Virus record (IMG/VR): IMGVR_UViG_3300023214_000337
Span: 1 to 49,453 of that record
Strand: one strand, 5' to 3'
Source of the DNA: a virus
Lineage: Duplodnaviria; Caudoviricetes
Length of the DNA: 49,453 nucleotides
Shown: in pieces, positions 18,676-28,518 of the stretch
Layout: every line of letters begins with the position of its first letter
Numbering within the stretch: position 1 is the stretch's first letter
The notes under the pieces: model-generated
What the model was told of the DNA's origin: nothing
What the model saw: only the letters and a program-made list of their open reading frames with translations
Database searches by the model: none
Made by a program: the position numbers and the translations under genes

Positions 18676-19644
18676 CTATCGAGCGTGATACCCCTTAACA
18701 ATGTAGCATCCAGGTTCTGTATCTACTCCAAATTTACCGTAATATCCCAATTTTATCCTCTCTTTCACGTGTAGCAAGACGTTTCTGTCTGGGAGTTTAT
18801 ACACATCTACCTTATTCAGGTCGATTCCGTCCAGAGTAGTAGATCTCATAATCTCATATTCGCTCATCTTCTCGTACACGCTGAGCGGGTCACAGGGGAA
18901 AAATTTTATCAGAACCTGCTCTACTTCTCTTCTATCACCGACGTTTTCTTTGATCTCGGTCTCCATACGCAATGCGCCCGCCTCTATTTCCCTCCACTTG
19001 AATCGGCCCTTGCCGCTATTCCTCCATTGCCCTAGACCTCGCAACGCCCCGTAATCCAGCCACTCTCGAACCACATTCTCATAGGCGGGATCGAGGAGGA
19101 CGACGTTGAAATTCATGATGCTGCGCTCGGGGACGACCTCGCTCTCGGCGAGCGCCACTCGCTCACCCTGCGCGGTCTGCGCTCGTAGCGGGCGCTGGCA
19201 TGTCGGCAGCTTGAGGTAGCCATCCTCGATATCCATGTCGTATCCTTCGGGAAGCACGATGGGGATCTTTCGAGGTTCGACAAAGATTAGGCCGTCGATT
19301 ACCTTACGGTAGGCTTTGATCTTACTCGAACGGGTGCCCTTACCTTCGCCCTTTACCCTCGAAAGCATCCCGCAGGCGTCCTTGAAAAATCCTTTTATTT
19401 GGTAGTCCCACATGATGGGTCTACCACCCGGACGGCCCTCTTTATCCCTATCCTCACGCGGGAAGATAGTCATCGATTTATTGGCGAATTCGTACTCCCC
19501 AAGTGAGGCGATCTCCTCCTCTCTGCTTTTGGCGTTGGGTCCGCGCGCGGCGATGTATTTCCGGTGGATCTCCGGGTCGACCGATGCGGTACCAAGCATT
19601 TCCTCCGTCAGTTCGAGACAAACCTTCATTTTGCTTCCCTTCAT
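18676..19644 (-). CDS. Solitary Cas7/RAMP-like protein with ~100-aa unrelated C-terminal extension
   Basis: N-terminal strand 'VCLELTEEMLG', 'IKGFFKDA' helix, C-terminal Gly-rich loop 'YGALRGLGQWRNSGKGRF'; RBS AAGGAG. Confidence 0.75.
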   Translation of the reverse strand: MKGSKMKVCLELTEEMLGTASVDPEIHRKYIAARGPNAKSREEEIASLGEYEFANKSMTIFPREDRDKEGRPGGRPIMWDYQIKGFFKDACGMLSRVKGEGKGTRSSKIKAYRKVIDGLIFVEPRKIPIVLPEGYDMDIEDGYLKLPTCQRPLRAQTAQGERVALAESEVVPERSIMNFNVVLLDPAYENVVREWLDYGALRGLGQWRNSGKGRFKWREIEAGALRMETEIKENVGDRREVEQVLIKFFPCDPLSVYEKMSEYEIMRSTTLDGIDLNKVDVYKLPDRNVLLHVKERIKLGYYGKFGVDTEPGCYIVKGYHAR

Positions 19645-19648
19645 TGCT

Positions 19649-19890
19649 CTATCTCCTTTGCTTAGCTAGCGCCTTAGCACTCGCGTCGTGGACACCGCAC
19701 GACACCAGCAACTCGCAAATCTTTTCCGGTGGCGCACTCTGGCCGTCAATGTCCTTCAGCGCTTCCAGCACGTCACGGAATTGCCACAATGCGGACCACG
19801 CATCGTCGTACACGCACAACTTCGGGACGCGGGCGCCAGCCAACTCGAACCAATGAATATCAAACTCGCCCGTTGTTCCGCCATCAGGGC
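19649..19890 (-). pseudogene. C-terminal fragment of a phage hypothetical gene (PDGGTTGEF...DDAWSALWQF)
   Basis: Coding-like frame whose 5' end is replaced by a copy of an intergenic repeat. Confidence 0.45.
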
Positions 19891-19987
19891 CAGCCCCATC
19901 CCTGGGATACATGGGGGCACCTATCTCCACGCGGTGCGCGCTGGGCGGCTGCAATGGGCAGCTGGCGGACAGGGACACACACACATG
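19882..19987. repeat. Deleted copy of the hairpin module at 42279-42448
   Basis: catcagggccagccccatccctgggatacatgggggcacctatctcca joined to cgcggtgcgcgctgggcgg...acacacatg. Confidence 0.9.
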
Positions 19988-19994
19988 GCCCAAG

Positions 19995-20045
19995 GCAAGG
20001 AGGATCGAGGTAATGGCTGGAGAACACGGCATCAAGGAAACCAAG
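19995..20045. repeat. 51-nt exact copy of 28162-28212 (RBS and start of the 28180 gene)
   Basis: gcaaggaggatcgaggtaatggctggagaacacggcatcaaggaaaccaag at both places. Confidence 0.92.
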
Positions 20046-20514
20046 CCACAGTCCGCGAGTGGAGGCATCAAGTGTATTGGGAAGTTGACCATCCCATGCA
20101 TTGACGAACAAGTCTACCAACGGCCGCGGAAGCGTTGATGCTTCTCCATGCAATGGCCCCACAACACAAGAAACACGCCGACGCCGACGCGCCATCCTGC
20201 GGCTGTCCACAACATCGCGCAGCCGCCAAAGATCATCGCCCCGGCAAGCAGCAGTCGAATCAATCTCGCTTTCATTTCGTCCTTTCCCCGCTGGCCGACG
20301 AAACCGCCAACCAGCGGATTGAGGGTACGGCGCTATCCGCGCCGCCCCTCCTCTATTTCTTTTGGCGACATTCCCTGAGCCGTGCGCAGAAAGTCTGCTG
20401 ATCAGATTCCCAGGAGCGGAAGCACCTTTGGGGTCCCCGCGTCCCACAGGTCGGTCTTGCTTGAAAAATGCACGTCCATAGTCAACCTCCTTGCGAAGAC
20501 GTTCCAGAGGACGG

Positions 20515-20733
20515 CTACCGGCCGCGAGGCGGTGCTTGCGCCAACGTCACCTGAATGCCAATCTGCGTAAGCGGCTTGGGTGTCCGCGTCCCGCGTTCCC
20601 ATTCAGATATCCGCGGCGAACTCACGCCGAGAAACCGGGCTACGGCGTCTTGCGTCCATCCGTTCTTCCTTCGCTGCTCCACGAGCCACTTCGCGAAGGT
20701 CTTCCTACTCCTTTTCTTCTTGGGCATTCTCAT
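20515..20733 (-). CDS. XRE-family HTH regulator
   Basis: RRKNGWTQDAVARFLGVSSPRISEWERGTRTP. Confidence 0.85.
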   Translation of the reverse strand: MRMPKKKRSRKTFAKWLVEQRRKNGWTQDAVARFLGVSSPRISEWERGTRTPKPLTQIGIQVTLAQAPPRGR

Positions 20734-21202
20734 CCTCCTTTACTTCATTGGTGAACACGCCACAGACGGTGACGCGCTGATGAAACTTCGTCCCCGACGG
20801 CAGGAACGAAGCAAATGTCCATTCCCGATTATCGTCATCGACAAACACCGGGTGTTTGTCGATAATCTTCCAGTGACCGGTGAGCTTCCTCGTAAGACGA
20901 GGCACTCCTTTATACATACGGTTGATCTCTATCTGAAGAAAACTGCGGTTTTCCTGGCGTTTAATATATATCGTATCGAAGTAATCTTTTGGTACGGCCT
21001 TCGATAATTCGGCCGCCACCGCATCGATGAGATCGTTCCACTGATCCGCAGTAAGATCGCTGTCCTTGCCCTGTTGCATAATCAAGGCCCACATGGCCTG
21101 TATCATGCCGCGCCCCATATTAGTCGCGATCTCAGGATCGACCATGCGCACGAGCATCCCGATTGAGTCGATGATGCTCTGGATTCGCTTTGGAACTTGC
21201 AT
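20705..21202 (-). CDS. Hypothetical protein
   Basis: Coupled to the upstream ORF; 165 aa. Confidence 0.6.
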   Translation of the reverse strand: MQVPKRIQSIIDSIGMLVRMVDPEIATNMGRGMIQAMWALIMQQGKDSDLTADQWNDLIDAVAAELSKAVPKDYFDTIYIKRQENRSFLQIEINRMYKGVPRLTRKLTGHWKIIDKHPVFVDDDNREWTFASFLPSGTKFHQRVTVCGVFTNEVKEDENAQEEKE

Positions 21203-21466
21203 CTAAATGCCCTCGAAAATTTCCGCGTCTCGAAGGTCTATTCCGAGTCTTAACATCTTTTCTTCAAACTCCGACATCTCTTGCTCTTTATCTCTTACAA
21301 CTTCCTGACCGTCGATCCAACCCTTCGCGGTCGCGTACTTCTGGTAGGTTTCGGCCGTGTATTCCCAGCCTCCATCTCCTTCGGCCGGTGCCTCCTCGCA
21401 AGCCCTAATGTAGTCCCTGACAAAGCCCATGTCCTCGGGCGTCAGATGTACTCCTCCTTCGTTCAT
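21203..21466 (-). CDS. Hypothetical acidic protein
   Basis: AAGGAG RBS; first gene after the promoter/hairpin. Confidence 0.6.
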   Translation of the reverse strand: MNEGGVHLTPEDMGFVRDYIRACEEAPAEGDGGWEYTAETYQKYATAKGWIDGQEVVRDKEQEMSEFEEKMLRLGIDLRDAEIFEGI

Positions 21467-21567
21467 TTCAAGTCACTCCTTGGTGTGAGTTCCGCTCTAC
21501 CTCGAGCCCCAGCGCGCCATTACGCGCGCATGGGGCTGAGGCGTGCTAGCGTATTGCGCGGGCTACT

Positions 21568-21596
21568 ACTATAATAGGTAACACAACAAGCGTCAA
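21568..21596 (-). promoter_or_regulatory. sigma70-type promoter driving the 17.7-21.5 kb operon
   Basis: TTGACG-17nt-TATAGT, followed by a hairpin of the 40730/41080/42324 family. Confidence 0.6.
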
Positions 21597-21615
21597 TACC
21601 TAAGGCGGAAGTTTA

Positions 21616-22359
21616 TCAATATTTAATCTTGTATTTCTTGCCGTCATCATCAAATCGCCTAAGGCCACCATCGTTGGCGAGCACGGCTATGTTGGTGATC
21701 GCATTGTTCAGCGGATCGAGATCGAGGTGCCGGACCTTTTCCCTGCGCTTGAGCCGGCGACACATCCATGCCTCAAGCATGAGTCGGTCGACGCGATGCA
21801 ACTTGCCTCCCAAGTCGACATGTTCGCGCATGTCCTGGATGTAGACGTCCAGGACATGATGGTGCAGGGCAATCAAGCCATTGGACGCGCACCAGACCCC
21901 CAGCGCATGCCGGCGCCAATTGAGCGCCTGCAACCACGCTTCGAGTCGCCATCGAAACTTATCACGCGTCATGCGGAATGGCTCCCGTAGATCGGCGTCC
22001 TCGGCGCGACCGCGAAGGTATCGCCGGAACATCGTATCGTATTCGCATGCGCTTGGCGACCGCGCCTTCGGGAGATTTCGGTGTATCCTCAGATTCTTGA
22101 GCGCACAGTTGGTGTAAACGCCGTCCACGTGCTCGATGCGCATGCGCTTGGCGACCGGACCGATGAATGCGCGCCAGACTAGATGATGGACGTACCAGTC
22201 CTTGTGCTTGCCGTCCTTGCGTAGCCGGACCACGCGGCGTCCCTGTGCGGTGATCGATCCTTTAAGTTGCTTCCAACCCGATCTAAGACTGTATGACCAT
22301 ACCGAACCGTCCCGAGAGACGCGGTACCGGTCAGGATCATACCCAGGAATCTGTATCAT
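21616..22359 (-). CDS. NUMOD4/HNH homing endonuclease-like protein with a second degenerate HNH
   Basis: IPGY..YRVSRDGSVWS; VHHLVWRAFIG...HVDGVYTNCALKNL; second HLDLDPLNNAITNI. Confidence 0.8.
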   Translation of the reverse strand: MIQIPGYDPDRYRVSRDGSVWSYSLRSGWKQLKGSITAQGRRVVRLRKDGKHKDWYVHHLVWRAFIGPVAKRMRIEHVDGVYTNCALKNLRIHRNLPKARSPSACEYDTMFRRYLRGRAEDADLREPFRMTRDKFRWRLEAWLQALNWRRHALGVWCASNGLIALHHHVLDVYIQDMREHVDLGGKLHRVDRLMLEAWMCRRLKRREKVRHLDLDPLNNAITNIAVLANDGGLRRFDDDGKKYKIKY

Positions 22360-22597
22360 TTTGATATCTCCACGTGCAGTCAGTATACCTATTTTCTGTT
22401 CATTTGTCTATAAAATCTTACCGACACTTTTTTATTTTTGCTTAGGCAATCAATGTGCATTAGGCTAATACTGAAAATCTTAAAAACTTACTTCTAATGC
22501 AGTATAGATGTTTGTTTTTAACTTTAGGTATACCCTAAACTTTATGCTTTTCGTAATCTAACACCCTAACAATTCATATAAATCTAATAATCACAAC

Positions 22598-22707
22598 GCC
22601 TTAAGACGCGGTTTAGCGGCACAGGGCTTTTTACCCTCACTCTCTCCCTCCTCCCTACGGGAGGGAGAGTGAGGGGTAAAAACCCTGTCCGATAAACGCG
22701 CTTAGGC
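22598..22707. repeat. ~110-nt bulged inverted repeat in an AT-rich divergent intergenic region (candidate origin)
   Basis: gcc-ttaag-a-cgcg...acaggg-c-tttttaccc-tcactctc pairs with gagagtga-ggggtaaaaa-ccctgt...cgcg-cttaggc. Confidence 0.8.
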
Positions 22708-23680
22708 AAGCGGCAAAAACAAAACAACAACGCTTAAGCTAAGTAAGGAAAAATCCAGGGTGTATTCCTAGCGAATTCAGGGTACTCTCAGGAGACTTTT
22801 TACACCCGAGACGCTTAAGTCATTGGTGCGGACAAGAAGTCTCCTGATATCGCGTTTAAATGGAAATTGCACAATGGTGTCTTTACCATCTCAACTTACG
22901 ACGTATAAAAACATATGCTCTTTTTGGGTTCTGTTCGTAAGGAAAAGGTTTGCCTGGGTAAGATTGAGTTTTACTTGGTAAAAACGAGGTAAGATTTAGC
23001 GCACATTGGTATTTAATAGGTGGCCTGTCGAATTAATTTCAAGTCAATTCATCTCATGAGTGAACCGGATACTTCCCGCGCAAGTTTACGAAGTGGGACC
23101 GCTACGGTTTACTTCCCGCCATACGCCTGGTTTAGTTACATGTCGCCGTTTGCTCGATGCCGTCTGGTGACCCCGGGGAGACGCCTGGATGCGTATCGTC
23201 GTTTCTCCGCGTCCAAGTCGCATAGGCCTGCGCCCATAAGGGGTTGTGTGTCGGATTCAGGGCCTTCACCTCGCAGCACGCGTTTCACTTCTCCTTGGCT
23301 TACGCCACGGTAGACTTTCACTTCCGAGCAGCGTGACTTTGGTTGTTGCGTTTCCTGCGGCGGTCGGATCGGGGACCAACGTCCTCCGGCTGATCGTCCG
23401 CATGCTGAAAGCCGGAATTTTGTTGGACGGCGTTGTGGTCGAAAGCCGCTTGTCCGGTTCTGAGAGGGCTTGGTGCCCAACGGTGCGAAGCTGGAGGCAC
23501 CTTGCTACTCGCAGAGTGAGTTGAGGCGATTTCTAAAAATAGCCTTTTTCACTTTCGATTATCTGCCGACGGCGGTATAACATCGGCCGTGTACCTTTTA
23601 CGGAAAGAATACGAATGACTTTAGGTGATGCATCGGCGACGATGCGCGGCAGTGTCTACAGCAGGAGTGGGAAATCGCTT

Positions 23681-24565
23681 ATGAATAAATACCATCAATC
23701 CCAACTCAGCACATTCCTCCTCTGCGGTCAGCAGTACTATTACCGCTACGTCAAGGGAATCAAGGCGCCGCCCGGCATCGCCGCGCATGTCGGTACGGGC
23801 GTGCACCGTGGCATCGAAGCGAACATGAAGGTTAAGCTCGAACACGGCCATGATAAGCGCATTGCGCTGGAAGCCGTGCAAGAGATCGCGGCCACTGCCG
23901 TTAAGGCCCGCATCGACAGGCAAGGCGTAATGCTCTCAAAAGAGGAGCGCGAGCGGAGCGAGAACGTCATCATCGGCGAGGCCGTCGATCGCGCCGTTGC
24001 GCTGGCCACGATTCACTGGAAGGTGCTGGCGCCCTTCATTCGCCCAAGGCGAGTGGAATGGCCTTGGGTGGTTTCGTTGCCTCAGCGGCCATACAAGCTT
24101 GCCGGCACGATCGACCTCCAAGACCAAAATGGGTGCCTGCGCGACACCAAGACTACATCCCGCAGCCCCGAAAAGGACCGAGCGCACAAAAGCGACCAAT
24201 TGACGATATACGCGATGGTTTTGAATGCCTTCGACGGCGAAATCCCCAGCATCCAGCAAGATTACCTGGTTGCTACCAAGACGTGGTCCAAAAAGTGGCC
24301 GGCCATCAAGGATGCGGATAGAAAAGCCCTGAAAAAGGCCTCGAAAAAGAAGGGGTCACCTATTAAAGTAGTGACCCAGGAGACGAGGCGGGACTCGGAA
24401 GACTTCCGAGTAGCATTGAATCGCGTAGATGCGATGCATAAAGCCGTCAAAAAAGGTGTGTTTCCGCCGGCGCCCTCCGATCATTGGGTGTGTTCTGAAA
24501 AGTGGTGTGGATATGCGGATAGGTGTCCGTATTTCCGAGGCAGAAAGACCATGAGCTATGAGTGA
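23681..24565 (+). CDS. PD-(D/E)XK (RecB/Cas4-like) exonuclease
   Basis: SQLSTFLLCGQQYYYRYV, GTGVH, GTIDL..DTKT, QLTIY, C-terminal CSEKWCGYADRCP. Confidence 0.85.
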   Translation: MNKYHQSQLSTFLLCGQQYYYRYVKGIKAPPGIAAHVGTGVHRGIEANMKVKLEHGHDKRIALEAVQEIAATAVKARIDRQGVMLSKEERERSENVIIGEAVDRAVALATIHWKVLAPFIRPRRVEWPWVVSLPQRPYKLAGTIDLQDQNGCLRDTKTTSRSPEKDRAHKSDQLTIYAMVLNAFDGEIPSIQQDYLVATKTWSKKWPAIKDADRKALKKASKKKGSPIKVVTQETRRDSEDFRVALNRVDAMHKAVKKGVFPPAPSDHWVCSEKWCGYADRCPYFRGRKTMSYE

Positions 24566-24909
24566 GGAACGTAATGGAAGCCTACGGTTTCCGCTACCAA
24601 CGGACGTTGACTTGGGACAAGGCAAACGGGATGTGTCTATTCGGGTTTCACCACCGCACGGAGTTCTGCCTATTTGAGTATCGCGGCAAGATCGAAATGT
24701 ACCCGCGCCGAAAGGCAATCCCGACCGTGTTTGCGGGGAAATCTGAACGGCACAGCGCAAAGCCTGACGAGTTCTACCGCATGGTGGAGCCGCTTGGAAC
24801 GAACCGACTGGACATCTTCGCAAGACGCCAGCGAGAAGGCTGGACGGTGTGGGGGAACGAGGTAGAGGCCCCCCAAAGCAACCCAAAGAAAGGACACTTA
24901 CATGTCTAA
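24562..24909 (+). pseudogene. C-terminal part of an MT-A70-family adenine methyltransferase
   Basis: MEAYGFRY..LTWDK, TEFCL, HSAKP, DIFARRQREGWTVWGNE; the catalytic DPPW N-terminus is missing. Confidence 0.75.
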
Positions 24910-26218
24910 CGAATTGGCACAATTTTGTACCGATCTGAACGATGTCCGGGTCAAGGCTTTTCAGGCATTCTGTAAAGCCGAAACCGCCGACAATCCCTTC
25001 ATGGCCATGATGGCCGCCGGGCAAAGTATGTATAAGCTCCGGAAAATGATCGAGTCGAGCAAGCATATCGATAGCCTGCTCAGCTTGAGGGGGAGCCGTT
25101 TAGGCTTCAAGGTCGACAATCCAGGGTATCCTCGAGCGGTCCTTGTCGACGCATTACTTGAGGCATGGCTTACCGGCGTGCTGCCAGTGGGCAATCAGTT
25201 CAACGTAATTGGCGGGAACTGCTACATCACACGAGAGGGTTTTCGGCATTTGCTTGACAAGAACTGCCGCAAGCTGAAGCACTGGGCGCTACGCACCGTT
25301 GATCATCCCCGCCGCGATAAGCGCGGGTATGCGATCATCAATATGGAAGTTAAATTCCAGCTGGAGGGCGAGAAGAAGACGCGCACAGAGACCATCGAAT
25401 GCCGCGTCCGGCTGCATGACAAGTCGCCCGATGAGGCCGGCGTCGGTAAGGCCGAGAGAAAGGCGTCCAAGTGGCTTTACGAGACGTTGACGGGCGTGAA
25501 AGGCCTCCTGGACGGTGATGTAAGCGAGATATCCACGATTCCGAGCGAAGTCGAAGGGCGCGTCATAGAAGATGACCTGGTTGACCCCGAGACCGGCGAG
25601 GTGCTTGAGGAAGACGAGCACGCGCTTCCCCATACCGCGGCAGCGCATCCGGAGGACGAGACGCCCGAACCGCACGACGAAGAGGAGCAGGTCCTAGACC
25701 TTGAAGAGAATGCGCCTATCGAAGAAGAAGACGATCAGAAAGAAGAAGACGATCAGAAAGAAGAAGACGATCAGAAAGAGGAAGACGATCAGAAAGAGGA
25801 AGACGATCAGAAAGAGGATCCTGATCCGCCCAAGAAGAAAAAGCGCGGGCGACCGAAGGGTTCCAAGAATAAGAAGAAGAAAGCTGGTAAGACTAAGGCG
25901 CCCGATCCCGACGAAGTGCCAACGCCTCCGGACGACGCGCCCGAGAAGCCGCAAAAGAAGACGGAGAAGAAGATCAGCAAAAGCTCTGACGTTGACGTAG
26001 TAAGTCTCATTGAAAAGATCGAGAGCGATGAGCTGTCACAGTCCGAGGCGGCCGATGCGGTGTGGATGATTCTGCAAAACATACCGGACGACACCATCTC
26101 AGCATTTCGCGAGGCATTCGAAGTCGAAGAGCATGAACAACTAAAACAGAGCATCGTCGCGCGCTGGCCGCTGCAGACGCTCAAGCTCACCGCTCAAGTA
26201 GTCAAGGAAAACCTTTAA
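24902..26218 (+). CDS. Putative single-strand annealing (RecT-like) protein with long acidic tail
   Basis: Next to the exonuclease; GVLPVGNQFNVIGGNCYITREG; VDPETGEV; EEDDQK x5 repeat. Confidence 0.45.
   Translation: MSNELAQFCTDLNDVRVKAFQAFCKAETADNPFMAMMAAGQSMYKLRKMIESSKHIDSLLSLRGSRLGFKVDNPGYPRAVLVDALLEAWLTGVLPVGNQFNVIGGNCYITREGFRHLLDKNCRKLKHWALRTVDHPRRDKRGYAIINMEVKFQLEGEKKTRTETIECRVRLHDKSPDEAGVGKAERKASKWLYETLTGVKGLLDGDVSEISTIPSEVEGRVIEDDLVDPETGEVLEEDEHALPHTAAAHPEDETPEPHDEEEQVLDLEENAPIEEEDDQKEEDDQKEEDDQKEEDDQKEEDDQKEDPDPPKKKKRGRPKGSKNKKKKAGKTKAPDPDEVPTPPDDAPEKPQKKTEKKISKSSDVDVVSLIEKIESDELSQSEAADAVWMILQNIPDDTISAFREAFEVEEHEQLKQSIVARWPLQTLKLTAQVVKENL
25724..25816 (+). repeat. 18-bp tandem repeat x5 (EEDDQK)
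   Basis: gaagaagacgatcagaaa units. Confidence 0.9.
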
Positions 26219-26241
26219 AAAAACCTTTGAGGAGAACGACA

Positions 26242-26763
26242 ATGTCCAAGGTTCTATTCACCGTCTTCTGGAACCGCAACCTTGATGCGCGCACCGGAGA
26301 AAGATTCAAAGATCGGATCAAGGGGTTTCTAGACCGGCAGCAGAATGATCCGGGATACGGGGAAGAGGAACTTAAAAAGCTTGTACGGGATCAAAACCCA
26401 TTCCCCGAATGGATTAGACCGTGGCTCGAATTCGCGCTTGAACACGACCCCCTCAACGGGTGGTATTACAAACAGGTAGAGGAGACCGAAGTGCACCGGT
26501 TGTTCTTATACATAGAATCGGTCATAAATCTTTTCCAGACGAAAGGGGCGGTTGACCAGGACGCCGTCCAACGCCTCATCAGTAAACTCCGGACCGACCT
26601 GTTATACCTATGCCCAAGAGCTCGCGGAAGATTCGACTGGCGCAAGACGCTGGAGAATCGAGAGGAGCGCGCAAAGGAGCTTAAGGAGCATCTTTGCGCG
26701 CAAAGCCTCCTCGCTTCTCCGTTCTTCGATGATCTGGAAAAAGACGTAAAGCGAGGAATGTAA
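26242..26763 (+). CDS. Hypothetical protein
   Basis: GAGGAG RBS before MSKVLF. Confidence 0.65.
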   Translation: MSKVLFTVFWNRNLDARTGERFKDRIKGFLDRQQNDPGYGEEELKKLVRDQNPFPEWIRPWLEFALEHDPLNGWYYKQVEETEVHRLFLYIESVINLFQTKGAVDQDAVQRLISKLRTDLLYLCPRARGRFDWRKTLENREERAKELKEHLCAQSLLASPFFDDLEKDVKRGM

Positions 26764-27020
26764 TGTCACACCTTGGGAGACCACTGACCGGTGTGAAAAA
26801 GTTCCGGAACAGCATGATTCAGCCGTTGCCGGAAGAGATGTCTCTTTTCGCGTGCTCACAGTTGCTGCGCACGTCGCTGTCATCCATACAAAAGTGGGTG
26901 AGAGCGACGAAGCCGAGAAGGAGGCTGAAAGCTAAATACGAGCTCACCAAGGGTAAGTGGACGATCAAAAAAGAGGATCTGATCGAGTTCCTGTACCGGA
27001 CGGGGAGGATCGATGAGTGA
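26763..27020 (+). CDS. Small HTH/excisionase-like DNA-binding protein
   Basis: SLSSIQKWVR...LKAKY...GKWTIKKEDL resembles the MerR/Xis-type HTH. Confidence 0.55.
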   Translation: MSHLGRPLTGVKKFRNSMIQPLPEEMSLFACSQLLRTSLSSIQKWVRATKPRRRLKAKYELTKGKWTIKKEDLIEFLYRTGRIDE

Positions 27021-27399
27021 AGCATCATTCAAGGAGAACGGGTTGAATCATTACGAGCGCCTCAACATTGCTCAGGACGCCGACCAGGCGGATATCAAGA
27101 AGGCATTTCGCAAACTTGCCAAGGTCTGGCATCCTGATCGACACAACAACAAGCGTAAGCGGCGTGCCGCGGCCAAGTTCAAGCGCATCAAAGAGGCGTA
27201 TCATACGCTTGTTGATCCGGAAAAGCGCAAGAACTACGACAGCGACTTGAAGGCCGGCATGCCTTCGAAAGATTGTCCGCGATGCGGCGGTAGCGGGTAC
27301 ATGATGGGCGGCCTGCTCGGGCAGATCACACACTGCAATTGCAGGCGCACTCATGATCGGCCGCCGGCCGGGACGGTCAAGGAGGAGGCAAAACGATGA
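27013..27399 (+). CDS. DnaJ-domain protein with a CxxCxGxG motif
   Basis: YERLNI...IKKAFRKLAKVWHPD...FKRIKEAY; CPRCGGSG. Confidence 0.92.
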   Translation: MSEASFKENGLNHYERLNIAQDADQADIKKAFRKLAKVWHPDRHNNKRKRRAAAKFKRIKEAYHTLVDPEKRKNYDSDLKAGMPSKDCPRCGGSGYMMGGLLGQITHCNCRRTHDRPPAGTVKEEAKR

Positions 27400-27950
27400 G
27401 TAATCATCCGCTTGACATGAGCCTCAGTAAACAGCAACTCATACATCTGGGAATGATCGCAGAAGAGAGTCCATTAATCGATACGCAGTCCACGCTGGCC
27501 TGTCGATCGCCACGTTTGGTTGGCCCATTTCTCCCACAATGCAATCCGGAGCCCAAGGCTGTCTGCTTCCGAGATACAGTCTTCTCAGCGAAGATGGATA
27601 TCTTAGGGGAGCTTTATCAGATGGAGTACTGCGATCGGATGGAGTACTGCGACTCTGCGGGCCTGATCGATCAATGCCTGAGGCTCAAGTATGCCGTACA
27701 TTCAAACAGGCCAGCAGAACGCCAGAAATACAAGTACGCCCTGCTGTGCGCCATGCACGATCTTTGCGAAAAAGGCGCGCTGATATATACAAGCGCTGGC
27801 GAGGTCATGCTCGTACATGCATGGCGACAGAAGCCGTTTTATTTCAGACTCGCGTTCACGCCTAAATCATTTTGGAAGGAGTGCTGTAGCGCGCTGTGCG
27901 CTACGCTTGAGCGTTGGAGAGAAAAACTAAGAAGGAGGATGGGAGCATGA
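27396..27950 (+). CDS. Hypothetical protein
   Basis: GGAGG RBS; internal MEYCD duplication. Confidence 0.55.
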   Translation: MSNHPLDMSLSKQQLIHLGMIAEESPLIDTQSTLACRSPRLVGPFLPQCNPEPKAVCFRDTVFSAKMDILGELYQMEYCDRMEYCDSAGLIDQCLRLKYAVHSNRPAERQKYKYALLCAMHDLCEKGALIYTSAGEVMLVHAWRQKPFYFRLAFTPKSFWKECCSALCATLERWREKLRRRMGA

Positions 27951-28179
27951 AGATCATGCGCTTGTTATCTGCAATGCGATTCGAGATGTCTGTTCCGTCC
28001 CTCTGATATCTGGTAGAATCGAAGTCATGTTCGCGCTGCGATTGGTCTGGAAGTTGATACGAAAGCGCCCTGCATTGGCGCTGTGGATCGCGAGCAAGTT
28101 GTTCACACTGGCGCGCTGGATGTGGCCCTGGAAGGCGCGTCAACAACAGATTGAGGGCCTTGCAAGGAGGATCGAGGTA

Positions 28180-28518
28180 ATGGCTGGAGAACACGGCATC
28201 AAGGAAACCAAGGAAGCGCTCATCGGCGCCAATGCGCTGACGGCGATCATTCTGTTCCACCTACACGATGGACTTCAAGCCGGCAAGGACGCCATGAACG
28301 TCTGGGCTGACATCTCCGGGAACCCGGAGGTGAAGGCCAAAATTCAAGCGGCGGCAGACGGAATATCGAAGGTGCCCAGCGAGGTGAAGGACATCCAAGC
28401 CGAAGAAGGCGTCGAGCTGGCGTCCGTTGCCCTGGAAGGCGTCCCGGACATCCTAAAGGCCATGCGTGGAGATCATCCGTTTACCGCGAAGGATGAATCG
28501 ACGACGCCGAGTGCGTAA
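28180..28518 (+). CDS. Hypothetical phage protein (possibly lysis-associated)
   Basis: GAGG RBS before MAGEHGIKETKEAL; frame also open from 28027. Confidence 0.6.
   Translation: MAGEHGIKETKEALIGANALTAIILFHLHDGLQAGKDAMNVWADISGNPEVKAKIQAAADGISKVPSEVKDIQAEEGVELASVALEGVPDILKAMRGDHPFTAKDESTTPSA

Noticed and set aside
19650-19690. Full periodic (GGY/NN-type) guide array beside the Cas7-like gene
   Set aside because: Only ~30 nt with irregular 5-6 nt GC spacing; I found no convincing long periodic tract in the window by eye
23681-24565. Cas4 of a CRISPR system
   Set aside because: No cas1/cas2 or array; the context next to a putative annealase fits a phage recombination exonuclease
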